A DNA stretch of 25,781 nucleotides from Myxococcota bacterium (GTDB lineage Bacteria; Myxococcota; UBA4151): NCBI GenBank assembly GCA_040260805.1, contig JBDQPD010000044.1, positions 1 through 25,781 of the forward strand. The letters run 5' to 3'. The position numbers and the translations under genes were made by a program. How positions within the stretch are numbered: position 1 is the stretch's first letter; each line of letters begins with the position of its first letter. Below the pieces are notes generated by a model that saw nothing but the letters and a program-made list of their open reading frames with translations, was not told where the DNA came from and did not search any database. Positions 17,172 to 25,781 of this stretch are shown here, one piece after another.

Positions 17172-17876
17172 CTAACTGAAGAAATGTCTTTTGACGATAT
17201 TGAGAAAGTCACGAGCGAAGCTTTCCATCTCAGCGCGCAGCACTCTGATCCGACTTAAGAAGTAATTATAAGCGATTACGGCCGGGATTGCGGCGCCGAG
17301 CCCTGCCGCGGTAACGACGAGTGCCTCGCTGATTCCGGGCGCGACCGTCGCGAGATTCGCCGACCCTTGCATGCCAATATCTTGGAAGGCGCGAATAATT
17401 CCGATGACCGTTCCAAAAAGACCAATAAAGGGTGCGGCCGAGGCCGTCGTGGCCAGAAAGCTGGTGAGTCGCTCGAGCTCGGTTCGCTCCGCTAGGGCTG
17501 CTCTTTGAAGCGCTCGCTCGATGTTTTCAAAGCTACCGAGCTCGACCGCAAAACTACCATTTGCTTCGCCGCCGGCGCGTCCTAATTCACGATAACCCGC
17601 AATGAAGAGTTGGGCGACCGGGGAGCGATCCAGAGATTGGCTCTGCTGATAGACCACCTCGAGGTCGCTTGCGTTCCAAAAGCAGTCCAAAAACGTTCGG
17701 GTCTGGCGCTCTGCTATCCGGAGATGGTTGTATTTGAGTGCGATGATACCCCAGCAAGCGATCGACATAGCGACCAAACTGAGCATAACCAAGATGCCCA
17801 CCGTACCGCTGTGTGCGATCATGGCGCCCCAATCCATTGAGGCTTTGGCGGGTGCGGCGATGAAGGGTGCAAACAC
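17172..17876 (-). CDS. tolQ: TolQ/ExbB/MotA-family proton channel protein
   Basis: FLATTASAAPFIGLFGTVIGIIRAF and VAPGISEALVVTAAGLGAAIPAVIAYN. AAGGAG SD precedes GTG 17876. Confidence 0.88.
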   Translation of the reverse strand: MFAPFIAAPAKASMDWGAMIAHSGTVGILVMLSLVAMSIACWGIIALKYNHLRIAERQTRTFLDCFWNASDLEVVYQQSQSLDRSPVAQLFIAGYRELGRAGGEANGSFAVELGSFENIERALQRAALAERTELERLTSFLATTASAAPFIGLFGTVIGIIRAFQDIGMQGSANLATVAPGISEALVVTAAGLGAAIPAVIAYNYFLSRIRVLRAEMESFARDFLNIVKRHFFS

Positions 17877-17936
17877 CTTGAATCTCCTTGGATTAGTCGA
17901 TGCGCAGCAACCCGTCTTTGGGCAGGATGTCAACCG

Positions 17937-18392
17937 GTGAAACGCGCACTCGATATAGGGATCATGACTCTTTGCTTGGTATGCGGGGCAATCTTTCTTT
18001 TGCGCAATGCCGAGGCCAAGACTCTTTTTCCCGCCTCGAGTTCGCTTGTGGCGCCGACTTGGACTCAGGGCTTATTGCAGCGCCCTGAGATGATGCAGAC
18101 GACGGGCGCTGTCTTCTTATGCCCGGTTCATTGCAAAGCAGCGACCGATTGGCCGACCACAAGCGATCCGGCTGAGTGGCTCAAATCAATGGATCAGGAT
18201 GGTGCGAAGCGAGGCGCCGGCGATCGACCGGACGCTCCGTCTCTGATTCATCACGAGGGTCGCTGGGTTATCTTATGGGGCGAACGCAGCGACCGTCTCG
18301 AGGTGGTCGTGCAAGGCCAAGGGGCTGGAGTTTGGCCGCGCAGTCGGTTTGACGAGCTTTATGGAGCCGCGTGGTGGGGTCCCCTCAAATGA
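17937..18392 (+). CDS. Membrane-anchored hypothetical protein, possibly a degenerate C39-peptidase-like fold
   Basis: N-terminal hydrophobic anchor. The C-half PSLIHHEGRWVILWG...RLEVVVQGQG...WPRSRFDELYG resembles the C39 pattern PxIxH...HFVV...DP..G......F...W. ATGA coupling to the next gene. Confidence 0.5.
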   Translation: MKRALDIGIMTLCLVCGAIFLLRNAEAKTLFPASSSLVAPTWTQGLLQRPEMMQTTGAVFLCPVHCKAATDWPTTSDPAEWLKSMDQDGAKRGAGDRPDAPSLIHHEGRWVILWGERSDRLEVVVQGQGAGVWPRSRFDELYGAAWWGPLK

Positions 18393-19729
18393 CCTACCTG
18401 TTCGCTGCCCTTTGCGCCTTGCCGCTCGCCTTGAGCCACGACCTTGGCGGGCCGCTTGGTTTGGTCGCATTAGCACCCATTATGGCGCTGTCGAGGCGGG
18501 TGGATAACCCCTTCGCTCATGGCTTTATCTGCGGCTTTGTTGAGGTGGCTGCGACGATGTGGGGTGCGTCGGGCTATACCCTCTTAATTCCGGCAACTTT
18601 GGGAATTCAGGCGGGCTTGGCTCGAGGGTGTTTGGCGTGGGCGATTGCGAAGCAGCGTGGTCCTGTTTTGCCTGTTTCGGTGCTCGTTCTAGGTCAGGGT
18701 CTACGCGCTACATCGGTCCTCACATTGCCCTTGTCATGCGGTCATGATTTAGCCGCTGTTCCATGGCTGGCTTGGCCGGCAGCGTTTGGTGGCGGTGCGC
18801 TTTTGACCGCCCTGTGCGGTCTAACAGCGTACGCTTTGAGTCACCCTGAATCGCGTCGCGCAGTAGCGATATACTTAAGTGTTCTCATCATCGTCAGCGG
18901 ATTGCATGAGGCGTTGCGCCCCCGCCAAGGGCCGGCGATCGAGCTGCGCGCAAGCATCGTTCAAGGGGGGCTGCCGAACTGGGTCTACCGTCAGGCCTCC
19001 GTCGATCCCAAGGCGGACGCTCTGATTCGCTCTCGTTATCTAGATGTGGCAGCGAATGAGCCGCTCGGTCGATTGGTTATTTTACCCGAAACGGCGGTGC
19101 GGGATCGCTGGGGTAGCGGCTCCATGACCGCTGCGTTTCGGGCGATGCACGAGCGAGGACTGAACCTCGTCGCCGGGGTTAATCACCACTTTGATGGCGC
19201 CCTACGCAATTCGGCAATGGTCTGGTTAGCCGGCGTCTCTGAGCCCGTTTTTCAAACCAAGCAAACGGTCGTTCCGGTGGTCGAGCGTGATTTTGAGGCG
19301 ATGGCCGATCAGTTAGTAGAACTGCCGCAAGGCGGACGCGTGCAGATCTGTATTGAATCAGTCTACCCTCGCTACAGTGACCCCAAAGCCAGATGGCTTT
19401 TGGTGCTCACGAATGACGCGGGCGTTGGCCGCAGCGCGCCGCGTCGCGCCTTTGAGCGCGAGAGTCGATTACGCGCCATTGAGACCGGTAGGAGTCTGCT
19501 TCGGGCTGGTCAAGATGGGCTGAGTTACGCCTTGTCGCCGCATGGTCAAATCATCGCAGCCATAAAGCCCTACCGAGCAGGAGTTTTGCGCATCGAGAAG
19601 ATTCCGGGGCCGATTTGGTCCTTGCGCGGAGCCTTTGGCGATTGGGTGTTCTGGCTGTGTTGGCCGATCGCCGGCTGGGCTTGGTTTAGCCGATCAAGCG
19701 GTCGTGAAGAGACCTCGTCAGCGCTCTGA
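18389..19729 (+). CDS. lnt: Apolipoprotein N-acyltransferase (Lnt)-like, nitrilase fold
   Basis: Multi-TM N-terminus; IVQGG; triad E (ILPETA), K (TKQTVVP), C (QICIES); [21 protein letters not shown]-terminal FGDW + TM. Confidence 0.8.
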   Translation: MTYLFAALCALPLALSHDLGGPLGLVALAPIMALSRRVDNPFAHGFICGFVEVAATMWGASGYTLLIPATLGIQAGLARGCLAWAIAKQRGPVLPVSVLVLGQGLRATSVLTLPLSCGHDLAAVPWLAWPAAFGGGALLTALCGLTAYALSHPESRRAVAIYLSVLIIVSGLHEALRPRQGPAIELRASIVQGGLPNWVYRQASVDPKADALIRSRYLDVAANEPLGRLVILPETAVRDRWGSGSMTAAFRAMHERGLNLVAGVNHHFDGALRNSAMVWLAGVSEPVFQTKQTVVPVVERDFEAMADQLVELPQGGRVQICIESVYPRYSDPKARWLLVLTNDAGVGRSAPRRAFERESRLRAIETGRSLLRAGQDGLSYALSPHGQIIAAIKPYRAGVLRIEKIPGPIWSLRGAFGDWVFWLCWPIAGWAWFSRSSGREETSSAL

Positions 19730-20789
19730 CGTCGCGTTCGTTATCGATGCGAGCATGAAGCCCGTTTGGGGTCGCCCACCAGGATTGGCAGCCGGCAACT
19801 TGCTCAAGAAACACACTCAGGACTGATGGCTCGTTGAGCAGGTCTTCACCCACTGCGCTGACCGTTTGACAGGGGGCTCCAGCGGGCTCACCATGGAGAT
19901 TTTCTGTACTGATCAAGACGCCGTCACTGCCCGCATGAACGATGCACCCGCGCCACGCATCCAAGGGCTCTCCTGGCGCGATGAGTCGCCTCTTGGAGCT
20001 GCTCGTGACCGCTGCGACTCCACCGAGTCCGGCAGCTCCAACCAGCGTCCCTTGGTCATCACTTCCGGTCTTTCGAGCGCGGAACGCGATGCCTGCTCGT
20101 CTCGCCCAAGCGACCGCATCGGCGTGCAGCACCTTGGCGCCGTTACGCGCTAAAGTTTCGAGGCTGCCAAAACTGATTCGATCGAGCAGTTGCGCCTCGC
20201 TGATGAGGCGCGGGTCGGCGCTAAACACACCTTCGACGTCCGAGTAAATTTCGCAGTGGTCAGCATCGAGCGCCGCGGCGAGCGCGAGCGCTGTGGTGTC
20301 CGAGCCGCCGCGTCCTAGGGTCGTGATCTCCCGAGTGTAACTCATGCCTTGGAAACCCGCGACGATGACCACTTTGCCGCGCTGGAGTTCATCGGCGACT
20401 CGTACGGGCCGGACATCGATGATGCGAGCGTCGGTGTGGACGTCGTTGGTAATGATTCCGCACTGCGACCCGGTAAAGCTGATCGCTTCCACGCCGCGAT
20501 CCGCAATCGCCATACTCAGGAGCGCCATCGTCACACGCTCGCCTGTTGACAAGAGCATATCAAGCTCGCGCCGCTTAGGTTGTTCCGAGATTTGACCAGC
20601 CAGGCTGATTAACGCGTCGGTTGAGCCGCCCATCGCCGAGACGACGACAACGAGTTTGTTGCCTTCATGAACACGCGCTACGATGGCATCAGCGACGCGT
20701 TGCAGCGCCGCCGGATCAGCGAGAGACGAGCCGCCATATTTCTGGACCACGGTCGCATCGCTGGGCTCGAAGGGGTTTGGGGTACTCAT
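19686..20789 (-). CDS. Aspartate kinase (short, reduced regulatory C-terminus)
   Basis: [59 protein letters not shown] and GAKVLH. Start is either ATG 20789 or GTG 20750. Confidence 0.92.
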   Translation of the reverse strand: MSTPNPFEPSDATVVQKYGGSSLADPAALQRVADAIVARVHEGNKLVVVVSAMGGSTDALISLAGQISEQPKRRELDMLLSTGERVTMALLSMAIADRGVEAISFTGSQCGIITNDVHTDARIIDVRPVRVADELQRGKVVIVAGFQGMSYTREITTLGRGGSDTTALALAAALDADHCEIYSDVEGVFSADPRLISEAQLLDRISFGSLETLARNGAKVLHADAVAWARRAGIAFRARKTGSDDQGTLVGAAGLGGVAAVTSSSKRRLIAPGEPLDAWRGCIVHAGSDGVLISTENLHGEPAGAPCQTVSAVGEDLLNEPSVLSVFLEQVAGCQSWWATPNGLHARIDNERDVRALTRSLHDRLIG

Positions 20790-21882
20790 GTTTAAGTCCA
20801 TTTTCGGCACCTTGGATAAGCCAAAAGGCGCCGCCCCGCTACCGTTAGGGCTCGTCGATTTAATTGTGCTCAATGCGGTCATTCAAGCTGCATCGATCGG
20901 TTATCTTTCAGCCTTGTTTCGTCGCGACGTGTTTTCGCCGCTGCAAGGCATCACAACTCGCCTCGCTTATCCGGTGATCACCGACCTGGTCGCGCTCACT
21001 GTCCTCGGATTTTTTGCGCTCGCCTTGACCACTTTGAAATCGGCTCCAGAGGGCACCCGATTAGATCGCGCAATGGCTGCAGGGGCTCCGCTTTGGCTTG
21101 GTTACGCTCTGGGTCTAGTTTGGTTGAGGGTGGGTTTTGTGTTGGCGAATTTACCGCCGACAAGCGAGGCGCTAGCGCCGGCGCGCTGGCTCTTTGATTA
21201 TCTGCCTGCCTATCGGGGGGTGACCGAGCTGTCCCGCTGGCATCCCAACCATTGGCCTTGGGCTTTGGTGTTCGTCATTGTCTGCGGGGTTTTAGGTTGG
21301 CTTTACGCACGCCGCAGCGAAGAGTCGCCGCAGCGACTGCACAGGGTCTTTCGTTTGAGTTTGATTGTGGCTGTTTGTGTCTCGGTCCCGGCCGCCTCTA
21401 GAGCCTATTCAAGTTGGCGCCCTGCGGTCGCTGGTGACACGCTGGCAGGTCGGTTGATTGCCACGCCGCAAATCGGCGCTTTAGACTGGCAACCTGAAGG
21501 CCTGCGTGGCCGCATCACCTTGGTTGAGTTTTGGACGACTTGGTGCGGTGCCTGTAAACGCCTTTTGCCCAAGCTAAATGCGCTGAAAAACACGATTCCT
21601 AGCCCCGCATTTGAGGTGCTCTTGGTCAACGTCGAAGGGCGCGGGAATCCACCGCCCGAACTGGTTAATAAAGTCAGAAAATACAAAGCCCAAAGAGCGC
21701 CTGATTTGCCTGTGCTCATCGACCGGGGTGCGTGGTCCGACGCGGTCGGTATCACGGTCTACCCGACCATGGCTTTGATCGGGGGGGATGGCCGGCTGTT
21801 GAACCTTTGGTCGGGCACGCCCAACATGAGCGATGTGGAAGCCTCGATTCGAAGCGCTCTTGAGGCTCAATCGGGTCTTTGA
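20788..21882 (+). CDS. Multi-TM membrane protein with a C-terminal TlpA-like thioredoxin domain
   Basis: Several hydrophobic segments, then [18 protein letters not shown] (CxxC), PVLID and [12 protein letters not shown]. The start is uncertain; ATG 20788 is my choice. Confidence 0.82.
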   Translation: MFKSIFGTLDKPKGAAPLPLGLVDLIVLNAVIQAASIGYLSALFRRDVFSPLQGITTRLAYPVITDLVALTVLGFFALALTTLKSAPEGTRLDRAMAAGAPLWLGYALGLVWLRVGFVLANLPPTSEALAPARWLFDYLPAYRGVTELSRWHPNHWPWALVFVIVCGVLGWLYARRSEESPQRLHRVFRLSLIVAVCVSVPAASRAYSSWRPAVAGDTLAGRLIATPQIGALDWQPEGLRGRITLVEFWTTWCGACKRLLPKLNALKNTIPSPAFEVLLVNVEGRGNPPPELVNKVRKYKAQRAPDLPVLIDRGAWSDAVGITVYPTMALIGGDGRLLNLWSGTPNMSDVEASIRSALEAQSGL

Positions 21883-21936
21883 CACGGCCCTTCGGCTGCG
21901 GCAACGTACGGCCTTGCGTAGCAAGGAAAGAATCTC

Positions 21937-22224
21937 ATGCCGGCACACCAACTCATTGAGCGCATCCCTGCGATCCCGGAAGGGGTCGCCTGGAGGGTCT
22001 ACGATGGTGAGGTTTTGGTGGTGACGAGCGACGATGCGAAAGTTCGTACGCTCAGCCTGGTGGGAAGTTACGCGTTTGAACGTTTTGATGGTCAGGCTAC
22101 TCTGAAAACAGTAGCAGCGGCGATCACTGAAGAGTTTGATGTGACGGAAGAAACTGCTCTGGGTGACCTAATGGTGTTTGCAGAAGACCTGCACAGCCGT
22201 GGGCTCATCACATGGGCGGATTGA
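21937..22224 (+). CDS. Stand-alone PqqD-family protein (RiPP recognition element fold)
   Basis: VAWRVYDGEVLVV...LSLVGSYAFERFDGQATLKTVAAAITEEFDV...ALGDLMVFAEDLHSRGLI is a PqqD pattern. AAGGA SD upstream. Confidence 0.88.
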   Translation: MPAHQLIERIPAIPEGVAWRVYDGEVLVVTSDDAKVRTLSLVGSYAFERFDGQATLKTVAAAITEEFDVTEETALGDLMVFAEDLHSRGLITWAD

Positions 22225-22235
22225 AGGAGAAACGC

Positions 22236-25200
22236 ATGCTTCGGCTTGCTCCCATTCGCGCTTTTGCTGGCGCTGTATTACTCGGCACTCTTAGTTTTGG
22301 CGGTTGCGCCTGCGAAGAGACGCCATCCAATATTGTCGGTTTAGCCTTTGTGGCGCCCAATCCCGGTGCACGCATCCAGCTCAGCGATGATACCGACCCG
22401 AACACCAGCAATGTCCAAGTGACCATCAAGCTCCGAGCGGTGGGTTTGAACGCTGCCGATGCTGACGGAAAAGTCACCTTGATCAACAAGAGCGACGTCG
22501 ATTCGGAGGCTGTCGAGGTGCCCTTGCAGGGCAATGGGACGACCAAGGTCGCTGTATTTGACGCCTTTACGCTGGTCAGCGGGGCGAACGAACTCGAGGC
22601 TGTTTTGAGCCATAGCTTTGGCGCCTCGGTAACCACGACAGCGAACTTCTCGGTGGTCGCACCGGGTGGTCCTTCTTGTCGGTTTGCGCAGGCACCGAAC
22701 GGCCCTGCGCTTTCGTCGGGCGCTACGCTGAGTGATGATCTCGACGTGATCAACGCCGGCTTCCAGACGCACATTGGCGTGAACTGCGCCGGCGAAGGTG
22801 TGGTCGATGGTTTGACGGTTGGCTTGAATGTCCAAGGCGCTGCTGCGGCTTTGTCGGGCACGCTTTCGGGCGGCTCAGTCGTCTTCAACAACGTCAGCCT
22901 TCCCGAAGGTAGCGCTCGTTTGACGACCTACGTTTTGATCAGCCAAGATCAAGCAGGTACCGCATCACTGGACCTGAATGTTGACACCGGCCGCTGCGAT
23001 GTCTCGGTGACCTCGCCAGCCAATGGGACCCCGATCCTCGCAGCCAATGATGCCGACCCAAGCACTCCGGACGTCGCTGATGTTGACGTCGTGGTGGCTT
23101 CGACACGTTGTGGTTCGGGCTCGACCGTGACCATTCCTGTCGGCGCTGACCCGGTGACGGGAACGATCGGCGACGATGGCAGCGCGACGCTTCGGATCGT
23201 CTTGCCTCAAAGCGCCAACAACAATGACTTGCAGAACTTCACCGCGGTCGTGTCCGACCAGTCGGCGTCCCGTAACCAGGGCTCCTCGCTGCGTCAGGTC
23301 CACTTGGTTGACACGCTGGCTCCTGGGCTTGAAGTGGTCGGTATCGCCGCAGATGGCACCACGGTTTTGACAGCGGCTGACGACCAAGATGCGAACCCTT
23401 TGGACGACCTGACCTATCGCCTGCAGGTTCGTGCGACCAACTACGCTGATGTGGACTTGGTGTTTGCACGAGTCGGCGACGACGAAGCCGGAGCGGTCTC
23501 GGCGGCACCGAGCGAACTGGGCGTCGCGACGCTGGATGTTCGACTGCCTGCGGGAGCTCAAACGCTGACCGTGTACGCCACGGATGCAGCCGGCAACCAA
23601 ACCTCTGTGGTTCGACAAGTAGAAGTCGACATCACCGTTCCGGTAGTGACGTTGGTCCAACCCGCTCAGTCGGGCGCTGTCCTTGCGAACGCAGATGCAG
23701 ACCCCGACACCGAGGGTTTCCAGCTCGACTGTTACGTCTCGATCGCAAACTTTTCGACGATCTCTGGTTTGGATCCCCGCGTCTTTTGCGAGCTGCAGAC
23801 CCTTGATGATCAGGGTAATGCGACCGGTCCTTGGGTTGCGAGCGCTTTGGCGGTCCCAGCGGCGCAAGACGGCGACGTAGGTGTGGGCGGCGTGCGCCTG
23901 ACCTTGCCCGATGGGCAGTGGGGCATCCGTGCTGGCGCGGTGACGCGTGGTGGGTCGGGCAACAGCGCTCAGCCTTCGGCACCGCTCAACCTCAACGTCG
24001 ACGGTACGGCGCCGACGATTACCTTTGCGAACCCTTCCAACGGTGCAGTGATCTCTGCGGGTAACTCCAGCATTGAGCTGGTCATCAGCGACGCTGAAGA
24101 AGGTCAAGCGGTGTCGATCAGCGTCAACGGTGGTCCTGCGCTGGATCCAGCCCCCACAGTTGATGCCAACGGTCGCGCTTTGGTTGAGAACGTCATCTGG
24201 GCTGATCGAGACGGTGACTACACTCTGACTGCAGATGTTTCGGATCAAGCGGGGAACCCTGCGCCGCAAGCGTCGATCAGCGTCACGGTCGATGGGACCT
24301 CGCCGGGTGTGACCTTGTTTGGGCTTGATGGCAGCGCAGAGGGTAGCGTGCGCGATATCGTCGCGGACGGCGCGCTCAACGCCACGCAGAACCTCGCACT
24401 GGACTGGGGCGCTGACGTCGGTAACGGCTTCCAATATGGGTTCCGCGTGGTGGTGGTGAATGAGCCTGTAGGTCAAGCGGTGACCCTTCGCCTCAACGGT
24501 GGCTTGATCAATGGAGCGACGGTTGACTCGAACGGCGCGACGGTCGCTAACTTTAGCAACAACAACTTAGGGTTTACCCTGCTTGAGGGTGACAATGGTA
24601 TTTCCGCTACGGTCACCGACCGAGCGGGAAACACGACCACCGTCAACGCGGTCGTGACGGTGACGACGGGGCAACCATTCGTGAGGATTTTGTCCCCTGC
24701 TGATGGGTCTCAAACCAACTCGAACCAGGTGGCTGTTACCGCCTCGAGCAACGCAGCCGATGGCGCAGCGTGTTCGGTCGTCGCTCGCCTCGAGGGTCAA
24801 GCTGACGTGACCGCCAGCGCCAACGCTGGCGGTGACGGAGCGATTGACTTCGGTACGCTCGCTTTGGGCGCAGAGGGCGGATGGGCTCTGATCGCTACCT
24901 GTCCCTTTGACGGTCGTGACCCTGTCAACTCGGCTTTGGCGACGGTTACGATTGACCAGACAGCGCCTGTCTTGACCTTTACCGGGCTTCCTCAGGTGGG
25001 CGGTGAGAATGTCTTTACCGCGGCGGACGCTCCGGACTCGACGCAGGGTAATCGCTATCGACGCAATATCGTGGTTTCAGCGGCTGCGAATGGAGCGTGC
25101 ACAGTGGCTGGTGTTAACCCCGCAGCGTCGCTCAGTGTGACCGGCGGCGGCGTGGACGTGGCGAATGTTGCTCGTTCAAGCTTCACCTCAGGTGATGACT

Positions 25201-25781
25201 GCAGCTTTACCTTCTCGAACGTGGCTCTCGCCGATGAGGTCAACGACCCGAACAGCTCAGTCACCCTCGTGGTGGCTAGCTCAGATGTGGCGGGTAATAC
25301 AGGCAGCGCAAACGCGGCGATTTTAGTGGACCGAGTTGGTCCGACCGTGACGGTGACCGATCCGGTCAACAATGCACAGCTCGGTACTGAGGATGACTCA
25401 AATCAGTTCCTCCCGGGTTTGCAGTATGATGTCGAGGTCTCGTCGACAGGAGCCGCAGACGGCAGCCAGATCTCGCTGCTCGTGGATGATCAAGTCGTAA
25501 GCTCCACGGCGGCGGCGCAGGGCGTCACTTTTGTTGGCGTATCGCTCGCCGATGGTCAGCGCCGACTGAGCGCAACGGCTGTCGACACGGTCGGCAACAC
25601 AGGGTCGAGCGCTACGAACAACGTCGAGGTCGATGCGACCGCACCGACGATTGACATCTTCAACCCGGGCACGGGCCAGCTCTTTGGCATCAACGAAGAC
25701 ACCAACGGTCAACTTGCGGGCTTTCAGGTCGTGATCCGCATGGGCGTCCAAGGCGTCGATCTAGGGACCGTGGTACAAATC
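22236..25781 (+). CDS. Giant bacterial Ig-like repeat lipoprotein (partial, at least 1182 aa; continues past the window)
   Basis: Not in the ORF track because it has no stop in the window. AAGGAG SD; MLRLAPIRAFAGAVLLGTLSFGGCAC lipobox (Cys24); open frame to the end with ~110-aa repeats, DAAGN/DQAGN/DRAGN/DVAGN/DTVGN and VDxxAPxxxxxxP boundaries; rich in A/V/T/D/G/S. Confidence 0.9.
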   Translation, partial: MLRLAPIRAFAGAVLLGTLSFGGCACEETPSNIVGLAFVAPNPGARIQLSDDTDPNTSNVQVTIKLRAVGLNAADADGKVTLINKSDVDSEAVEVPLQGNGTTKVAVFDAFTLVSGANELEAVLSHSFGASVTTTANFSVVAPGGPSCRFAQAPNGPALSSGATLSDDLDVINAGFQTHIGVNCAGEGVVDGLTVGLNVQGAAAALSGTLSGGSVVFNNVSLPEGSARLTTYVLISQDQAGTASLDLNVDTGRCDVSVTSPANGTPILAANDADPSTPDVADVDVVVASTRCGSGSTVTIPVGADPVTGTIGDDGSATLRIVLPQSANNNDLQNFTAVVSDQSASRNQGSSLRQVHLVDTLAPGLEVVGIAADGTTVLTAADDQDANPLDDLTYRLQVRATNYADVDLVFARVGDDEAGAVSAAPSELGVATLDVRLPAGAQTLTVYATDAAGNQTSVVRQVEVDITVPVVTLVQPAQSGAVLANADADPDTEGFQLDCYVSIANFSTISGLDPRVFCELQTLDDQGNATGPWVASALAVPAAQDGDVGVGGVRLTLPDGQWGIRAGAVTRGGSGNSAQPSAPLNLNVDGTAPTITFANPSNGAVISAGNSSIELVISDAEEGQAVSISVNGGPALDPAPTVDANGRALVENVIWADRDGDYTLTADVSDQAGNPAPQASISVTVDGTSPGVTLFGLDGSAEGSVRDIVADGALNATQNLALDWGADVGNGFQYGFRVVVVNEPVGQAVTLRLNGGLINGATVDSNGATVANFSNNNLGFTLLEGDNGISATVTDRAGNTTTVNAVVTVTTGQPFVRILSPADGSQTNSNQVAVTASSNAADGAACSVVARLEGQADVTASANAGGDGAIDFGTLALGAEGGWALIATCPFDGRDPVNSALATVTIDQTAPVLTFTGLPQVGGENVFTAADAPDSTQGNRYRRNIVVSAAANGACTVAGVNPAASLSVTGGGVDVANVARSSFTSGDDCSFTFSNVALADEVNDPNSSVTLVVASSDVAGNTGSANAAILVDRVGPTVTVTDPVNNAQLGTEDDSNQFLPGLQYDVEVSSTGAADGSQISLLVDDQVVSSTAAAQGVTFVGVSLADGQRRLSATAVDTVGNTGSSATNNVEVDATAPTIDIFNPGTGQLFGINEDTNGQLAGFQVVIRMGVQGVDLGTVVQI

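Noticed and set aside
10856..20882. ORF-track starts at 10856, 15908, 15923, 17171, 17933, 18371, 20683 and 20882
   Set aside because: Downstream starts fit better with SD sequences, stop/start coupling or family N-termini.
21879..21907. TTGACA -35 upstream of pqqD
   Set aside because: The -10 at 17 bp (CAACGT) is poor and the hexamer overlaps a stop codon, so it is not called as a feature.
21937..22224. PQQ biosynthesis operon
   Set aside because: No pqqA/B/C/E genes are nearby; only the RRE fold is supported.
22208..25751. Long minus-strand ORFs (22965-24476, 503 aa; 22208-22891; 22341-22835; 25055-25372; 25398-25751)
   Set aside because: They are antisense shadows of the Ig-repeat lipoprotein frame, which has an SD, a lipobox and repeats. 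The shadows show no recognisable motifs.

Overview
Gene-dense bacterial chromosome segment, most likely from Myxococcota. This is supported by a MYXO-CTERM sorting signal, myxobacterial CGDG..ECDDGN Cys repeats, a DUF4388 regulator, a PEGA protein and CxC lipoboxes. Left to right: (1) a partial Hsp70/DnaK paralogue (minus strand, missing from the ORF track) divergent from a pseudo-receiver/DUF4388 gene and a membrane coiled-coil gene; (2) a ~10 kb co-directional cell-surface run: lolA, a kexin-like S8 protease with a Cys-rich stalk and MYXO-CTERM, a Cys-rich lipoprotein, a multi-PEGA protein, and a Cys-repeat/FGE-sulfatase-fold protein; (3) a minimal aerobic benzoyl-CoA module, boxB-boxC with a divergent BzdR/BoxR-type regulator, overlapping promoters and a TGCA operator, but no boxA, boxD or CoA ligase in the window; (4) an orphan tolQ/exbB followed by an atypical HU; (5) a degenerate C39-like protein coupled to a divergent Lnt, an aspartokinase and a membrane TlpA; (6) a stand-alone PqqD/RRE gene 11 bp upstream of an Ig-repeat lipoprotein of at least 1182 aa that runs off the window (also missing from the ORF track). 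I saw no RNA genes, CRISPR arrays or mobile elements. Best candidates for an undescribed system are the PqqD + giant Ig-lipoprotein pair, the C39-like + Lnt pair, and the LolA/S8/PEGA/lipoprotein surface operon. All family calls come from motif recognition by eye, not from database searches.
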